A DNA stretch of 64,000 bases. Source: Takakia lepidozioides. Taxonomy: Eukaryota > Plantae > Bryophyta. Positions 21,900 through 35,225 of this stretch are shown in pieces (the first letter of the stretch is position 1; each line of letters opens with the position of its first letter). The translations under genes were made by a program, and so were the position numbers. The notes beneath the pieces were generated by a model. The model saw only the letters and a list, made by a program, of their open reading frames with translations, was not told where the DNA came from and made no database searches. The stretch covers positions 33,542,001-33,606,000 of the forward strand of contig CM060733.1 in the NCBI GenBank assembly GCA_030704615.1, given 5' to 3'.

Positions 21900-24800
21900 A
21901 CAGGCCTTACAAGACTGCAGACAAGAAGCCAGTAGACTGCCAGAAAATACATACCTGCAAAGGCAACGCTAAAAGAACACGACCGAAGATAGTAAGCAGA
22001 TACATACGAACAACTTTCTTCGACGCCAGTAACTCTGCCACCTCCTTATCCATGTCCAAACACAATCGGCGGTCCTTGTTCATAAACACATCTGACTTGT
22101 CTTTCCTGGCTGGTCTCTTTTGAACATGACCCTCTCTAGTCTCCTTGACCGCCTCAATGACCGGACGTTTTTGGGCTTTTCCTCTTTCTGCCCGGACGGA
22201 GGTGCTCTCTACCGCAATGCCTGGGATGACTTGCCCGGACTGCCACAATATTGCAGCTCTGCTGCGCAGCAGAAGAGTGTCAGTTGGTTTGTTGACACTT
22301 GCCAGTCCAGTCCTCGCAGCCTCACGAATGGCATGCGTTGAACTAATACGAGAAGCGGGCGGTGTGAGCAGACCGCCTGTCTTTGTTGTTGACCCAACAT
22401 TGGTAGGAGCAGGAGCAGACGGAGATGGCGAAGCAAAGTCTGCTTGCGGACGTCCTCAACTGTCGCCTCATTGAAACTCTCCTGGGCGGGCTGTATAGCA
22501 GTCTACTGGACATACTTTGAAAAAGTCTCCTTGGAAAACTCAAGTGCAGTCATCTGTTCAGTTTGCTGGAGAGGGTCTACTGTAGTCTGCTGGGAATTGT
22601 TTGCTGCAATCTATTGGGGTGTGTCTGCAGAAGTCACCCGGACAGACTCATGCGCAGTCCGGTGGGAAGGGCCTGCTTCTGCAGTCTCCTGGGTAGACTC
22701 ATGCGCAGTCTGGTGGGACGGGTCTGCTGCTGTAGTCACCTGGGCAGACTCATGCGCAGTCGGGTGGGGCAGGGTCTGCTACTGCAGTCACCTGGGCAGA
22801 CTCATGTGCAGTCGGGTGGGCAGAGTCTGCTGCAGTCTTCCGGGCAGACTCTCTAAGCAAGGCAGTCACCTCGGTGGAGTCTTGTGCTGTCTGTTGACCA
22901 GAGTCTTGTGAACTCGTCTGAGCAGACCTGTGTGTAGTTTCTTGGGCAGAGTATTGTGGAGTCTGGTGGAAGGGATTCTCATATGCAGGAGCAGACTCAT
23001 GGGCAGTCTTGCAGATACTCTGTTGGGCGTAGGAGTCATCTGCAGTCTCCGTGGCAATGTCGTTGGCAGACTCCGGAACAATGCCATCTGCACCCACGGC
23101 AGTCTCCTGCCTAGTCTATTGGACAACTCCCCGTGCAATCTGCTGGACAGTCTCCTGCCCTTTATTCCGGTTAGTCTCCTGGGCAGTGTACTCTACAGTG
23201 TCCAAGGTAGTCTCCTCTCTTGTCGTCTATGCACTCCCATTGGCAGTTTTGTCAGTCTGTTGCCTGTCCTGCTCTGCCATACGGTGGTTCTGGTCTTGTA
23301 TGCGCACCAGCAGACTATCAATTTCACCATCAAGTAAGTTTTGAGGGTCTGCTGACAGAACAGACTCAGGGTTGAAAGCGGTGGGAAGGGTGCAATCAGA
23401 GACATGTAGGGCCAGGTTGGCTTGAATTCCCTCATCGGATTCTGCTGTAAGGTCTATGATGCGGTTTACTGGTCTACAGGTCGGTTCGCTCACTTCAAAT
23501 TCATCGATGACTCTCGCCAAGTGAAAATAAAGACAGGGCTAAGCTCAAAAGTCATACGGGATGATGGATACTGAGGATTTACCGAGGTCATAGTTACATC
23601 GTGTGGGTCAAAATGTGTGGGTGAACTTATCCGGGTGTGGGCCAGGGTCAAATGCTAAGACATCCACTGTTGGTCAGGCCGTTGAATGTGCCACTGTCCC
23701 GTTATAACAGACTCAGTAACAAATGTTGTGGGCAAGTCATGGAGGACAGTCTGTGGAGGGTACTGTTCAGCAGACTGCACTGAGGTCTGTTGTGAGGTCT
23801 TCTGGGTCTTCTGGCAATGCTGGTTCGCAATGGGAGTGTCATTTTCAGTGTCATCTTGAGTCTTCTGTTCAGTCTGTTTGCAAGTCTCCTGGTCACAAGC
23901 GTCTCGAGACTCCACGGTAGTCTGCCGATTTCCCAAGGCAGTCTGCTCCATGACATGTCTTGTCTGCTCAATTTCCATACCAGTTTGCTGAGACTCCAAA
24001 CTAGTCTGCTGAGTCTGCATACCAGTCCGCTGAAAATCCCCAGCAGTCCCCCGAGACCTCCCCCCAGCCTGCCGGACCTGGCCAGCCTTATGGACAGTCC
24101 CCTGGTTTTCATGACCATGCACAGCCAGGACAACCTCTCTAGTAGCTCTGGCAAGGGAGTCGAAAGCACTCAGCATGCGATTTCCAGGTCCTGATGTCTG
24201 CCCTGCATGGAACACAAAAAACGATGTAAACAAATGCGGTGGAGGATTGGCGGGGGGGGGGAGCAGTGAATGAGACAAAGCAGCGCGCGAGTACCTTCTA
24301 GCAGATTTCCAACGAGTTTGATGTCCTTAATTTGGCGGTCCAGCAGTGCGGAATCAAGGTGGGCAAGTGCGGAATTGCGGTCGTGATGCGGCGAGCCAGA
24401 CCACAATACTCTGAACACGTCTGGTTTGAGCAAGATAATGTCAAACACAGCACGCTCCATTACATACGAGAACCACAACATAGCCTCATCTACAACAGAC
24501 TCTCGTGCTTGTGATCCGTCTGTAACAGACTCTCCTACCTGTGATCCATGTAGGAAGCCTTGCCAAAAAGTAGGCAAGTCCTTCAGTAACTTCTTGTATG
24601 ATGTGAAATTTCCAAACTGCATCCATCGATGCTGCAGGAACGATGATGCCATCCAGTCAAAGTGGACCGCAGTCACTGCGGACAAGTGCTTCTTGCGGAC
24701 ACCGAACGTTTGGTGTGCCATAGCCATATGCCGCACCTCCTCCGAGTGAGGGTCATCCATAAGGAGGAGCTGAACAAGGAGCGGCAGTTCATTTCCTTCA

Positions 24801-25450
24801 CTCAAAGAAGAAACAACAACTTTCCCTGCTTGCTCCAGAACATGGTTGGCTTCTTCCGTAGTATACTCCATGGAATAGAGATAAGGGACAAAGGGCCACC
24901 TCCGGCCCGTTACAATGTGGTGCAGGTCACTGTACCAGTCCACATGGGCACTTGTGTCACCAATCCTAAAGCGGGGAAGTGTAGGATCCTCTGTGTTCTT
25001 CGGCGCCACTGGTAACGACGATCTCCACACCCCAAAAATGCCCACAGTGGAGGGGAAATGGGCATAGTCTTCACCCTGTCCAATTGGCCCAGTCTCAGGT
25101 ATAAGGTCTGCTGAGGCGTGGTTTGGTCTGCCCAGGTGCGAGGAGTCCTGCTCATGATTGCTGGCATGTGCTTCACTGTGGTTTGGTGTGATGAGGTTTG
25201 CTGGGGTCTCTTGAGGTCTGTCGTGGTCTGTTGTGGTCTCCTGAGGAGTGATGAAGTTAGCGGTCTGCTGGAGGGGACCTGCCGACTGCGTGTCAAGTTC
25301 GTCTATGGCGGCTGCTGATCCGGGGTATTTCATCAAAATGTACTCGCGAACCCGCTGCACTTCAAGCCGCACCTCACGCACTTGCAAAAGAGGTTCTTGA
25401 CGTGGTGTCCGCCAAGTTGATATGGCTTTGCGAATAGACTGAGCAGTGTG
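21900..25450 (-). pseudogene. Upstream coding segments of the minus-strand TE gene(s) (QT-rich low-complexity and uncharacterised globular parts)
   Basis: Successive minus-strand ORFs 24170-25387 (405 aa), 23655-24278, 23227-23520, 22750-23097 and 21907-22248, colinear with the Ulp1 exons. No domain recognised. Confidence 0.5.
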
Positions 25451-26966
25451 CTGTGCAGCAAAAGAAAATGAGCTTCATCGGACAGACCGGATCCATTGGA
25501 CTGACTGAATTTAATGACACTTAGTAGACAATCAACAGACCATCAGCAGTCCACAATCCACATTCAGCAGACCACAATACTCAGCAGACCATGATATTTA
25601 GCAGACACTCATACCTTAGCAGACAATCTGGACTTCAGCAGACAAAAACATTTCAGAAGACCTAATTATGGACGTATACAGTCTGCTGAAGTCTTCCACA
25701 GATGAGCAGACTACATGACAACACAAGAAATAGGTTTGTCGGCTTCACCACAAGTCGGTTCATACGGGAGCTGGCTGCTATGCAGCAAAACACACACGAT
25801 CCATTGGGCATTCGGAGCTCTAAGATCTCTCAGCAGACCACAAGACTCAGCAGACCATGGCAGAATAACTAAGCGACCAAACTATGGACGTGAATAGTCT
25901 GTTGAAGTTCAGCAAACTAATCGACAGTAGTTCCAAAAAAATGCAGAAAATTGCAGGAATGATTTGATAGCATTACCTCGTCAAGTATGTTCACTACTAG
26001 AGAAACCGGTTTTTCCAACACCACCCATAGTTCACACCTGGCACTTTGAACGGCTCCTCTTACACCCATGTGAGAGGAGGCAAGGTGTGATTTGGACCAT
26101 TGTAGGAAAAGCCACATGGTGTTACAAATTTCACACTCGAATGACACCCATACGGTCAACGGATGTTGACCAAGATAATTCATATGGGGCATTTGACATG
26201 AGTGTGAAATGAGTTATGGAGTGTGAGATGTCCTACATGAATTTGGGGCAACTATATGGCGTGGCACATTGACCATCAAGGTGGATATGACTTGGCACAT
26301 TGACCATCCAGGTGGAAGATGGATGGATGAAATGACTTCCACCTCTATTCAACATGCCCTGGAGGACATAACACATAGACTTTTGTTTAGAGAATTTAAA
26401 AAGTTCAAAAAGGTTATTAGGGTTATGGGGTCTGCATGTAGAGGGTTGTGGGACTTGTAGTTTTTCTTTGCCAGCTCGTTTAGAATCTGAATGCCCCCAG
26501 TGCAGGCCATCCCTTTAAGTTGATGCCAAAATGCATTTTCATCCAAAGATCAAAGCTCTCAAAATAGACAACCTCAAGTAAAATGAGAAGGAGATCGGCA
26601 GAACCGAAAGGGCATAGAATTCTCTTCAATATTGAACACTGCCTGCAACTATTGGCTATATCTTGCCCTCTGTCCTGTCACATATAATCCATCCGGGAAC
26701 CAGCAATCCAAAAAGATGCACTGCTCATGCAACTGACGACAATATCGTTATGAGAATGTCACACTATAATCAACAATGTACAACAATTGCTTTGAGAAGC
26801 TATAGATAAAACTAAAACTACCACATGTCGTCTCAGAGATTTGTGAGCCCGGCAATGTCAATCCCATTTTTGTCCAGTCAACCATGACCCCTCACAATGA
26901 GACAATCTAAAGCTGAGTTGAGCACGGATTTCAATCTCTACTAGTCCACCCATACTAGAGAAATAT

Positions 26967-27695
26967 TGTCGCGCACCTCACTTCGGTAAGCTCCCCCCTC
27001 AAGTCATAGTTACTCGCTTTGATGCGCGCGCCTGACTCCCAACATAGCCGTCTGGCCAACTTGGAGCTTCGGCTGCTCACCGGGGCATAACGGTCCCCCT
27101 TTGTTCTCCCAAAGAACCCTCCACCGATTTGGAACCAGCGGGAATTCCTTGGTATTGGCAGTCCGGAACAGCTCCCCACTCTTTGGTCGCTTTCCGGCTC
27201 GCTCGCTTACTCACTAGTTTTTGGTCACCAACGGGCTTGCACCGTTCTCGGGGTTACTACTCCCTATATATACTTTTGTAGCTGTCCGCGGGGGTTTCAC
27301 AACCAGCCATGCCATTTTATGGCGAACCACCACGAAAACCCTCGACTCCCGGTGATGAGTCGCGGTGAGTCTTGGCCCACTCACCACGACCCCTATGGAC
27401 CGTGATGAGTCCCAAGACTCCCCACGACTCCCACCACGAGGTCTCCGCCCCCATGGTGAGTCCTATGCCACCCCCACTAAGTCCCGCTAAGCTACCACCA
27501 CCACCCCTTGTGGAGCCACCCCCACCGCAACCCGGTGTGCGGGGCTCCACCTAGTGCGCGCCTCCGCCTCCTTGAGTGCCTTGGGCACTCAAGGGTGCTT
27601 CAGCCCCCCATACCCTATCGCTGCCGCTGCCCCCACCACAGGGGCAGCCCCTCATGTGTCCCGACCCCCTGCCCTCAAGGCAAAGGGCCGCGACA
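26967..27695 (-). mobile_element. Solo LTR (729 bp) of the chromovirus family at 36.2-41.8 kb
   Basis: TGTCGCG...CGCGACA termini; 5-bp TSD AATAT at 26962-26966 and 27696-27700; colinear with the LTR at 41090-41791. Confidence 0.95.
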
Positions 27696-28029
27696 AATAT
27701 CCAGTGATCCTTAGACAAGGTTTTCTTCGCCACCTTACAAAAATTGTTCCCAATGACTCCCTCCCTGTCCACATTGTTGCTAGATGTCGAGAAGCTTGGA
27801 CAAAGTGCCTTGCTCTTTGTGACTGGCTCCCTTTTTGAGACAACAAGGTTTTTTTTTGACGGGTGTACTTCACTTACAACCGTCTTTTTTACACTGCGTC
27901 CGGGATATCAATGATCACCCTAGCCTGAATTTTGCCCCACCCTATCAAGCGCCAGTGCTTTTTAACTAGTGCTTTTCAACTCGTCTGTTGAGGGCCCCAC
28001 TTTCTCCCCTTCGCTGGTACATGTCAAAA

Positions 28030-31000
28030 TCACTCCAAGAGCCATAGTGTTGGAAAACTGCCTTCGCATCCTTGATGCTCCCACATTTGGCATACATGTC
28101 AACGAGGGCATTGTTCAGAATCACATCAGGTACAATTCCAGCTTTGACAATGAAACCATGGACCTCTTCCCTTTTCCAGAGCTGCCAGGCTTGCCCTTGA
28201 TGCTCCCACATTTGGCATACATGTCCACTAGGGCATTGTCCAGAATCAAAATAGGTACAATTCCAGCTTTGACAATGAAACCATGGACCTCTTCCCTTTT
28301 CCAGAGCTGCAGGCTTGCCCTTGATGCTCCAAATTTGGCATACATGTCCACGGGGCATCCAGAATCACATCAGGTACAATTCCAGCTTTGACAATGAAAC
28401 CATGGACCTGATCTTCCCTTTTCCAGAGCTGCCAGGCTTGCCCTTGATGCTCCCACATTTGGCATACATGTCCACGAGGGCATTGTCCAGAATCACATCA
28501 GGTATAATTCCAACTTTGACAATGAAACCATGGACCTCTTTCCTTTTCCAGAGCTGCCAGGCTTGCCCTTGAAGCTCCCACATTTGGCATACATGTCCAC
28601 GAGGGCATTGTTCAGAATCACATCAGGTACAATTCCAGCTTTGACAATGAAACCATGGACCTCTTCCCTTTTCCAGAGCTGCCAGGCTTGCCCTTGATGC
28701 TCCACATTTGGCATACATGTCCACGAGGGCATTGTCCAGAATCACATCAGGTACAATTCGTGCTTTGACAATGAAACCATGGACCTCTTCCCTTTTCCAG
28801 AGCTGCCAGGCTTGCCCTTGATGCTCCCACATTTGGCATACATGTCCACTAGGGCATTGTCCAGAATCAAAACAGGTACAATTCCAGCTTTGACAATGAA
28901 ACCATGGACCTCTTCCCTTTTCCAGAGCTGCCAGGCTTGCCCTTGATGCTCCCAAATTTGGCATACATGTCCACTAGGGCATTGTCCAGAATCACATCAG
29001 GTACAATTCCAGCTTTGACAATGAAACCATGGACCTGATCTTCCCTTTTCCAGAGCTGCCAAGCTTGCCCTTGATGCTCCCACATTGTGCATACATGTCC
29101 ACGAGGGCATTATCCAGAATCACATCAGGTATAATTCCAACTTTGACAATGAAACCATGGACCTCTTCCCTTTTCCAGAGCTGCCAGGCTTGCCCTTGAT
29201 GCTCCCACATTTGGCATACATGTCCATGAGGGCATTATCCAGAATCACATCAGGTATAATCCCAGCTTTGACAATGAAACCATGGACCTCTTCCCTTTTC
29301 TAGACCTGCCAGGCTTGCCCTTGATGCTCCCACATTTGGCATACATGTCCACGAGGGCATTGTCCAGAATCACATCCGGTACAATTCCAGCTTTGACAAT
29401 GAAACCATGGACCTGATCTTCCCTTTTCCAGAGCTGCCGTGCTTGCCCTTGATGCTCCCACATTTGGCATACATGTCCACGAGGGCATTGTCCAGAATCA
29501 CATCAGGTACAATTCCAGTTTTGACAATGAAACCATGGACCTGATCTTCCCTTTTCCAGAGCTGTCTGGCTTGCCCTTGATGCTCCCACATTTGGCATAC
29601 ATGTCCACGAGGGCATTGTCCAGATCTCAATCAGGTACAATTCCAGCTTTGTCAATGAAATCATGGACGTGATCTTCCATTTTCCAGAGCTGCCAGACTT
29701 GCCCTTGATGCTCCCACATTTGGCATACATGTCCACGAGGGCATTGTTCAGAATCACATCAGGTACAATTCCAGCTTTGACAATGAAACCATGGACCTCT
29801 TCCCTTTTCCAGAGTTGCCAGGCTTGCCCTTGATGCTCTCACATTTGGCATACATGTCCACGAGGGCATTGTTCAGAATCACATCAAGTACAATTCCAGC
29901 TTTGACAATGAAACCATGGACCTCTTCCCTTTTCCAGAGCTGCTAGGTTTGCACACGCACTGCAAATGCACACAAATGTGTTGTGGTCGGGCTTCATCCT
30001 TCCCCCATCATTTGGTCATCATAGGTCTCCAAAGGCTGCATCCCGCACCACTGCTGTGCACATCCTACAAGCATCGCGCTCCACGACACCACATCTTGTT
30101 CAGCCATAGTGTTGAACACTCCCTCCGCATCCTCAATGCTCTCACACATATTTGGCATACATGTCCACGAGGGCATTGTTCAGAATCGTATCTGTTACAA
30201 TTCCAGCTTTGGTGATGCAACCATGTACCTCTTTGCCATTTTGCAGGGCTGCCAGACTTGCACATGCACTGCAAACGCACAATCTCGTTCAGCCATACTG
30301 TTGAGCACTCCTTTCGCATCCTCAATGCTCCCACATTTGGCACACATGTGTCCACCAAAGCAGTCATGTTCAGGATGACATCTTGTACAATTGCAAATTT
30401 GGTGATGTCACGATGGATCTCTTTGCCCTTTTCCAGGGCTGCCAGGCTACCACACGCACTGCAAACACACACAAACGTTATGTGGTTGGGCTTCACCCTT
30501 CCCCCATCATTTGCTCATAGGTCTCCAAAGCCTCCATCCCACGCCCCTGCTGTGCATACCCTGCAAGCATCGCACTCCACGACACCATATCTCGTTTAGC
30601 CATAGTGTTGAACACTCCCTTGGCATCCTCGATGGTCCCACATTTGGCATATATTTCCACCAGGGCAGTGTTCAGAATGACATCTGGTAATCTGACAGGC
30701 ATTCACCTTTTTGTCTCTGTTGTCCCACCATTGACTGGGATCAGAAAAGTGTTCATTCCTCACCTTCTCCTCATCTCTTGTACATGTTTTTGGATACTCT
30801 CATGTTGTCACATTGGCAGTATCATGTCAAAGTCACTCCAATCTATCAAAGATTCACTCAACCAGCTAACTTGCAGAATTCAACATGGAATTTAGGGCCG
30901 ATTCTGATAAGAGGGAAAAACAGGGTGAAATGTGTTGAAGAAGGTGCCCTCATCGCCTGATTTTACCAATTGTGCCGCTGCTGCTGCGGCTTCTAGTTGA

Positions 31001-31310
31001 CCATCTATCCATGCAGGTTTCTTGTAGCAATGTTGTGCTTGAAATGTGGCCCTCTTGGATGAATCTGGACCCACACTCTATCCCTACTCCTTCAGCTATC
31101 CATGCCTCTGCACAAATCATGCATACATCCTTGCCTTGCTGGTAGCAGTTGACAATAACAGCCTACATTTGTTCTAGGAAACACCCAACTCAACTCACAC
31201 ACTAGTTATGCTCAATTGCATCTGCTACTCTCTGTAATCCAACAGGCATTCACCTTTTTGCCACAATTGGGCCACCATTGACTAGGGTCAAAAAAGTATT
31301 CATGCCACAA
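28030..31310 (-). pseudogene. PLS-class pentatricopeptide repeat (PPR) gene fragment inside the CACTA element
   Basis: DVILNTALVEIYAKCGTIEDAKGVFNTMAKRDMVSWSAMLAGYAQQGRGMEALETYEQMMGEG and KPNHITFVCVCSACGSLAALEKGKEIH give S, P and L motifs. Many frameshifts and no E/DYW end. The upstream boundary is approximate. Confidence 0.92.
28071..29950. repeat. PPR-derived satellite: 15 tandem units of 123-128 bp (mode 125)
   Basis: Unit starts (CTTGATGCTC-like) at 28071, 28196, 28320, 28443, 28568, 28693, 28817, 28942, 29070, 29195, 29320, 29448, 29576, 29704 and 29829. Each encodes [31 protein letters not shown] on the minus strand. Confidence 0.97.
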
Positions 31311-31462
31311 CTTCATGACTGTTTAGGGTTCACTGTCACAAATAAAGTGTGTCTGTCAGAATTTTGCCCACCCCAACAGCTCAGTCACTCCCACCCATGC
31401 AAGGTACCATGCTGTATCAAGTCTAAACCCTGGAAAAATACATGCAATAGCAGAAACCAACT

Positions 31463-34400
31463 CTAGACCACAGCACAACTGGCCTGGTACCTCCCATGTG
31501 GAGCTTGCCTCCGCCTTCTACCATTTCGCCTTTGCCTTGCAGGTGCATTCAAGTTGGCAATGGCCAATTCATCTGCCTCACTCAAAGGAACACAAACAGC
31601 AGGCTCAGTCATGATGTTATGAGGAATTTCAGGAGGCACCATGCCTACATAAGTGTCTCCCGCACCCAGTGCCACTTCTGTAATATCGTGAACCACTCGT
31701 CGGGATCGAGGGTCCTTGTGAAGGACCACCTTCCAGTTCCCTCGTGAACTTTTTTCATCCGAGAAAAAACTTGCTCCACCTGACTAGGGAATGTCCAGGG
31801 CTGCTCCATCCGAGGTAACATGCGACTGAAGTCAACCAAGAGAAAGCCATAATCATCTCGTTTCATGGTGGCATTCCGGCCCACCATGTGTGACCTCACC
31901 CATCTACACAAACAGAATTGGGCGAAGAATTCCGTAATCCAGTTGAATTATTTCTCTTACAACACCCACATATTCCAATTGGGATAACACTCGTCTGGAC
32001 ATACCTGCACTGTTTTCGCTTTCCTGATGGAATACTTGAGCAACTCCAGAATCAAATGTCACCGTGTTGTGGCGCCAGTCCCATCACGTATTGCTCGAAA
32101 GTGATTGCCGTAAGCATACATGGACTTGAAGCCCAAGGACTGTACTGCTGGTGGTATACATAAATGGCATATGTCCAAATCATAGGACTCACCTGAACTC
32201 ACCTTGCGTTGGACAGCACCTTCAATCCATTCATGGAATGGAGCCAGTAAGCGCATATCTGTTGGGTATGGAATTTCTCCATTGTGGTGGTCCTGGTCTT
32301 GTCCACAAAGGAATGTTGTTCTGAACTCAGTGCGGGATGCTTCTATGAGTGCCATCTCCTCTCATAGGCCCTGTCCAAATGAGAATTGAAATTAGGATTA
32401 CAGCTTATACCATTGGCAGAAATGAAACACACAGGATATGATAAGCAACATACTTACTCAAGGAATGGTTTCATGCAATCTGTGTTGTGCAAAATATACT
32501 CGTGTGCACTGTCTCGTTCTTGAATGGTGAGGACTCGTACACTTCCCAATCCTTGAACCACCTCCCCACTAACTGAGTCTTCTTCATTGGAGTCCCACAC
32601 CCTTCGGCTTGTAGCATGAAATTCAGCCATATACTCAATTAGAAACCCTAGGGCCTCATCCAAAGCATACCCTTCCGCCATGCTCCCTTCAGGTCGGCTC
32701 ATATTCCTTACATAGCCTTTTAATGTCTTCATATACCGTTCCATAGGATACATCCAACGGCTAGACACAGGACCACACACCTCCAATTCGTCCACAAGGT
32801 GTACAAGCAAGTGAGTCATGACATCAAATAATGACGGAGTGAATTCTTTCTCCAGCAGACACATAGTGATTGCAACATCTTCTCTTAGCTTGAGCAGCTG
32901 GATTAATGGTCTTTGCACACACTTTTCGGAAGACTCGAGAAAGCCTCATAATTGCCATCCGTGGACCCTTTCCCAATACCCCTCGAATGCAAAGAGGTAA
33001 AATCTGCTGCATCATTACATGGTACTCATGGGTTTTCATCGTAGACAGTTTATTGTCAGCCACATGTTTCTGGAATGTGGCAGCATAACCTGTGGGGGCC
33101 TTTACTGCAGCCAACGTTTCCAAAAACAACACCTTCTCATCTTCAGTAAGAACATATGGGGCCAAAGGCTTCACACGGTTGAGAGGGATGGGGTCTCAAC
33201 CACAAGTGTTCACGAATGACATTTAGTTCCATATCCTTCCTAGATGTGGTTGTGTCCTTCTCCCCAAGAATGGTTCTCAGCACATTCTCACACAATTTTT
33301 TTTCACAATGCATCACATCCAGTGTGTATCGGATAAGTAAGTCTTTCCAGTATGGCAATTGGTTCAAAACAGTGACCCGTTTCATGCCATGTTCCTTTGA
33401 AGGGTCTTGTTTTCCCCCCTCAGCCCCTCCCATTGCGAGATACAACTCTCTGGCTGTAGCCCGGTCAAATTGCTCACTTGCAGTGACCACCATAGGAGCT
33501 GCTCTATGTTCCACATGTCCATTAAAGTGGGATGAGTTATTCATGTAGGGATGAACAGCAGGCAAGTATCTCCTATGACCAAGATACAAAACTTTTTTGC
33601 ATGCCTTGGAGTACCTGGAATCAACATTAGGGCCGCAAGCTGGCAGGCCTTGTATCCCCCGTGTGCGCATCCTGCTAGCAACCCATAAGCTGGAAAGTCG
33701 TGGATTGACCACATCAAGATGGCCCTCATGCGAAATGACTGTTGCCCCACTGGGCTGCTTCCATCCAATGCCTCCACACCAACTTCCCACAACAATTTCA
33801 GTTCATCCATAAGGGGCTGCAGATAAACATCTGCATTGTCATTTCCCACAGATTGTGGTCCAGGAATCAATAAAGCCAACATCGTGAAAAATGGCTTAGT
33901 ACACAGCCAGGATGGAAGATTATAGTTCACCAACATGACAGGCCAAGTTGACCATTTGTTTGATTTATCACTGTGAGGATTGACACCATCCCATGCGAGA
34001 CCCAATCGCAGATTTCTGGGGTCCGCTGCAAACTCAGGCCATTTTTGGTCAATGTGGGCCCAAGCCTTGCTGTCTGCTGGGTGCCTAACCAAGCCATCCT
34101 GACTTCGATTCTTAAAGTGCCATGACATTAACTCTGAGATGGACTTGGCTTTATACATTCGAAGCAGCCTTGGAATGATAGGGAAATGTCGAAGGACCTT
34201 ACGAGGTACTGGTGTCTTCGTACCCACCACATAACGACATGCCTGACATTTTGGACAAACCTCCAAATTCTGAAGCTCCCTTCTGAACAACACACAACCT
34301 TTCGGACATGCATGTATACTCTCGTAATGAAGCCCGAGTTCCATTATGAGTTGTTTTGCCTCATAGTGGACTTTGGCAGCAATTGTCTGCTGGCAACAGT

Positions 34401-35225
34401 TGTCTTCCTAACAATGTAAGGAGTTCATCGACAAGGTTTTGACACACCATGGGTTTGACAAGCATTTAACAGCAGTAAGGTAGCAGACAATCGAGAGGAA
34501 GAACTCCCTACATATAAAGCCTTGGATGCCTCGTGCTCAAAACGTAAGGCACTCGCTGCACCACGATCACCATCGCTCTTCAGTCCACCATCAGTTTGCT
34601 CTGGCACTCCATCTATGTCCCATTGGCCCTGTGTTCCATCTCCCGTTTCCTCATGTGCATCACCAGTTTGCACCCCATTATCTATAGTTGCGAATGTCTC
34701 CCGGAGCATTCTAAGCATGTCAAGATTGCGATCCAAGGTATCAGGACCACCTACAGGGCTGGTTTCCGTCCTAAACCCCTCATGTTCGTCTCCAGAGTTT
34801 TCCTGCTTAGTACATATCAGATGCCAAATGTCAGTCCACTATAAGATGGAGAGTTTTTTCATTTGCAATAGTGGATGTGGAACGTGCCATTTTACAGCCA
34901 CGTGGCAATAGGAAAACGGGCATGTACAATACTCTACACCTTACAACAATACCGCTACCAGGAATTTGAACTGTTTCTTATAATTTCAAAGTATGCATCT
35001 GCAAAGGGAAGAGAATCCAGAAAGATGCACCGGGAGTTCTCGTAAGTTAGGATCTCGCAAGTTCAGAAGCAGATGACGCTTAGCCCGGCCAATGGTTTGC
35101 CAGTTCCCACCATGACAGGCATTGCATGGACATAGAATTTTCCGAAGACCCAATCTTCTTGCTCGCGCTTCCTCTAGTTTCCACAGTCTGTCATCGTCAT
35201 GTTCTGCTTGTGTCCGCCTTTGCAA
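31463..35225 (-). pseudogene. CACTA transposase (TnpD/Tnp2-type: transposase-associated, Transposase_21, DUF4218 and DUF4216-like regions), frameshifted
   Basis: ILCPCNAC; YESIHACPKGCVLF...CPKC; LRHFPIIPRL; HPADSKAW; DPRNLRLGLAWDGVNP; STWPVMLVNYNLP; DFPAYG; LDVMHCEK; FDVMTHLLVHLV...GPVSSRWMYPMERYM; RDDYGFLLVDF...PSQVEQVF. Confidence 0.95.

Noticed and set aside
26450-26960. Possible additional captured gene fragment in the CACTA left arm
   Set aside because: Short protein-like stretches on the minus strand, but no family could be recognised by eye.
27317-27873. Pro/Gly-rich ORFs, also at 36312-36711 and 41337-41648
   Set aside because: They lie within LTR copies and their frames are not conserved between copies.
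28071-29950. Regular repeat array resembling CRISPR
   Set aside because: Units are contiguous with no unique spacers, encode PPR peptide, and there are no cas genes; the context is eukaryotic.
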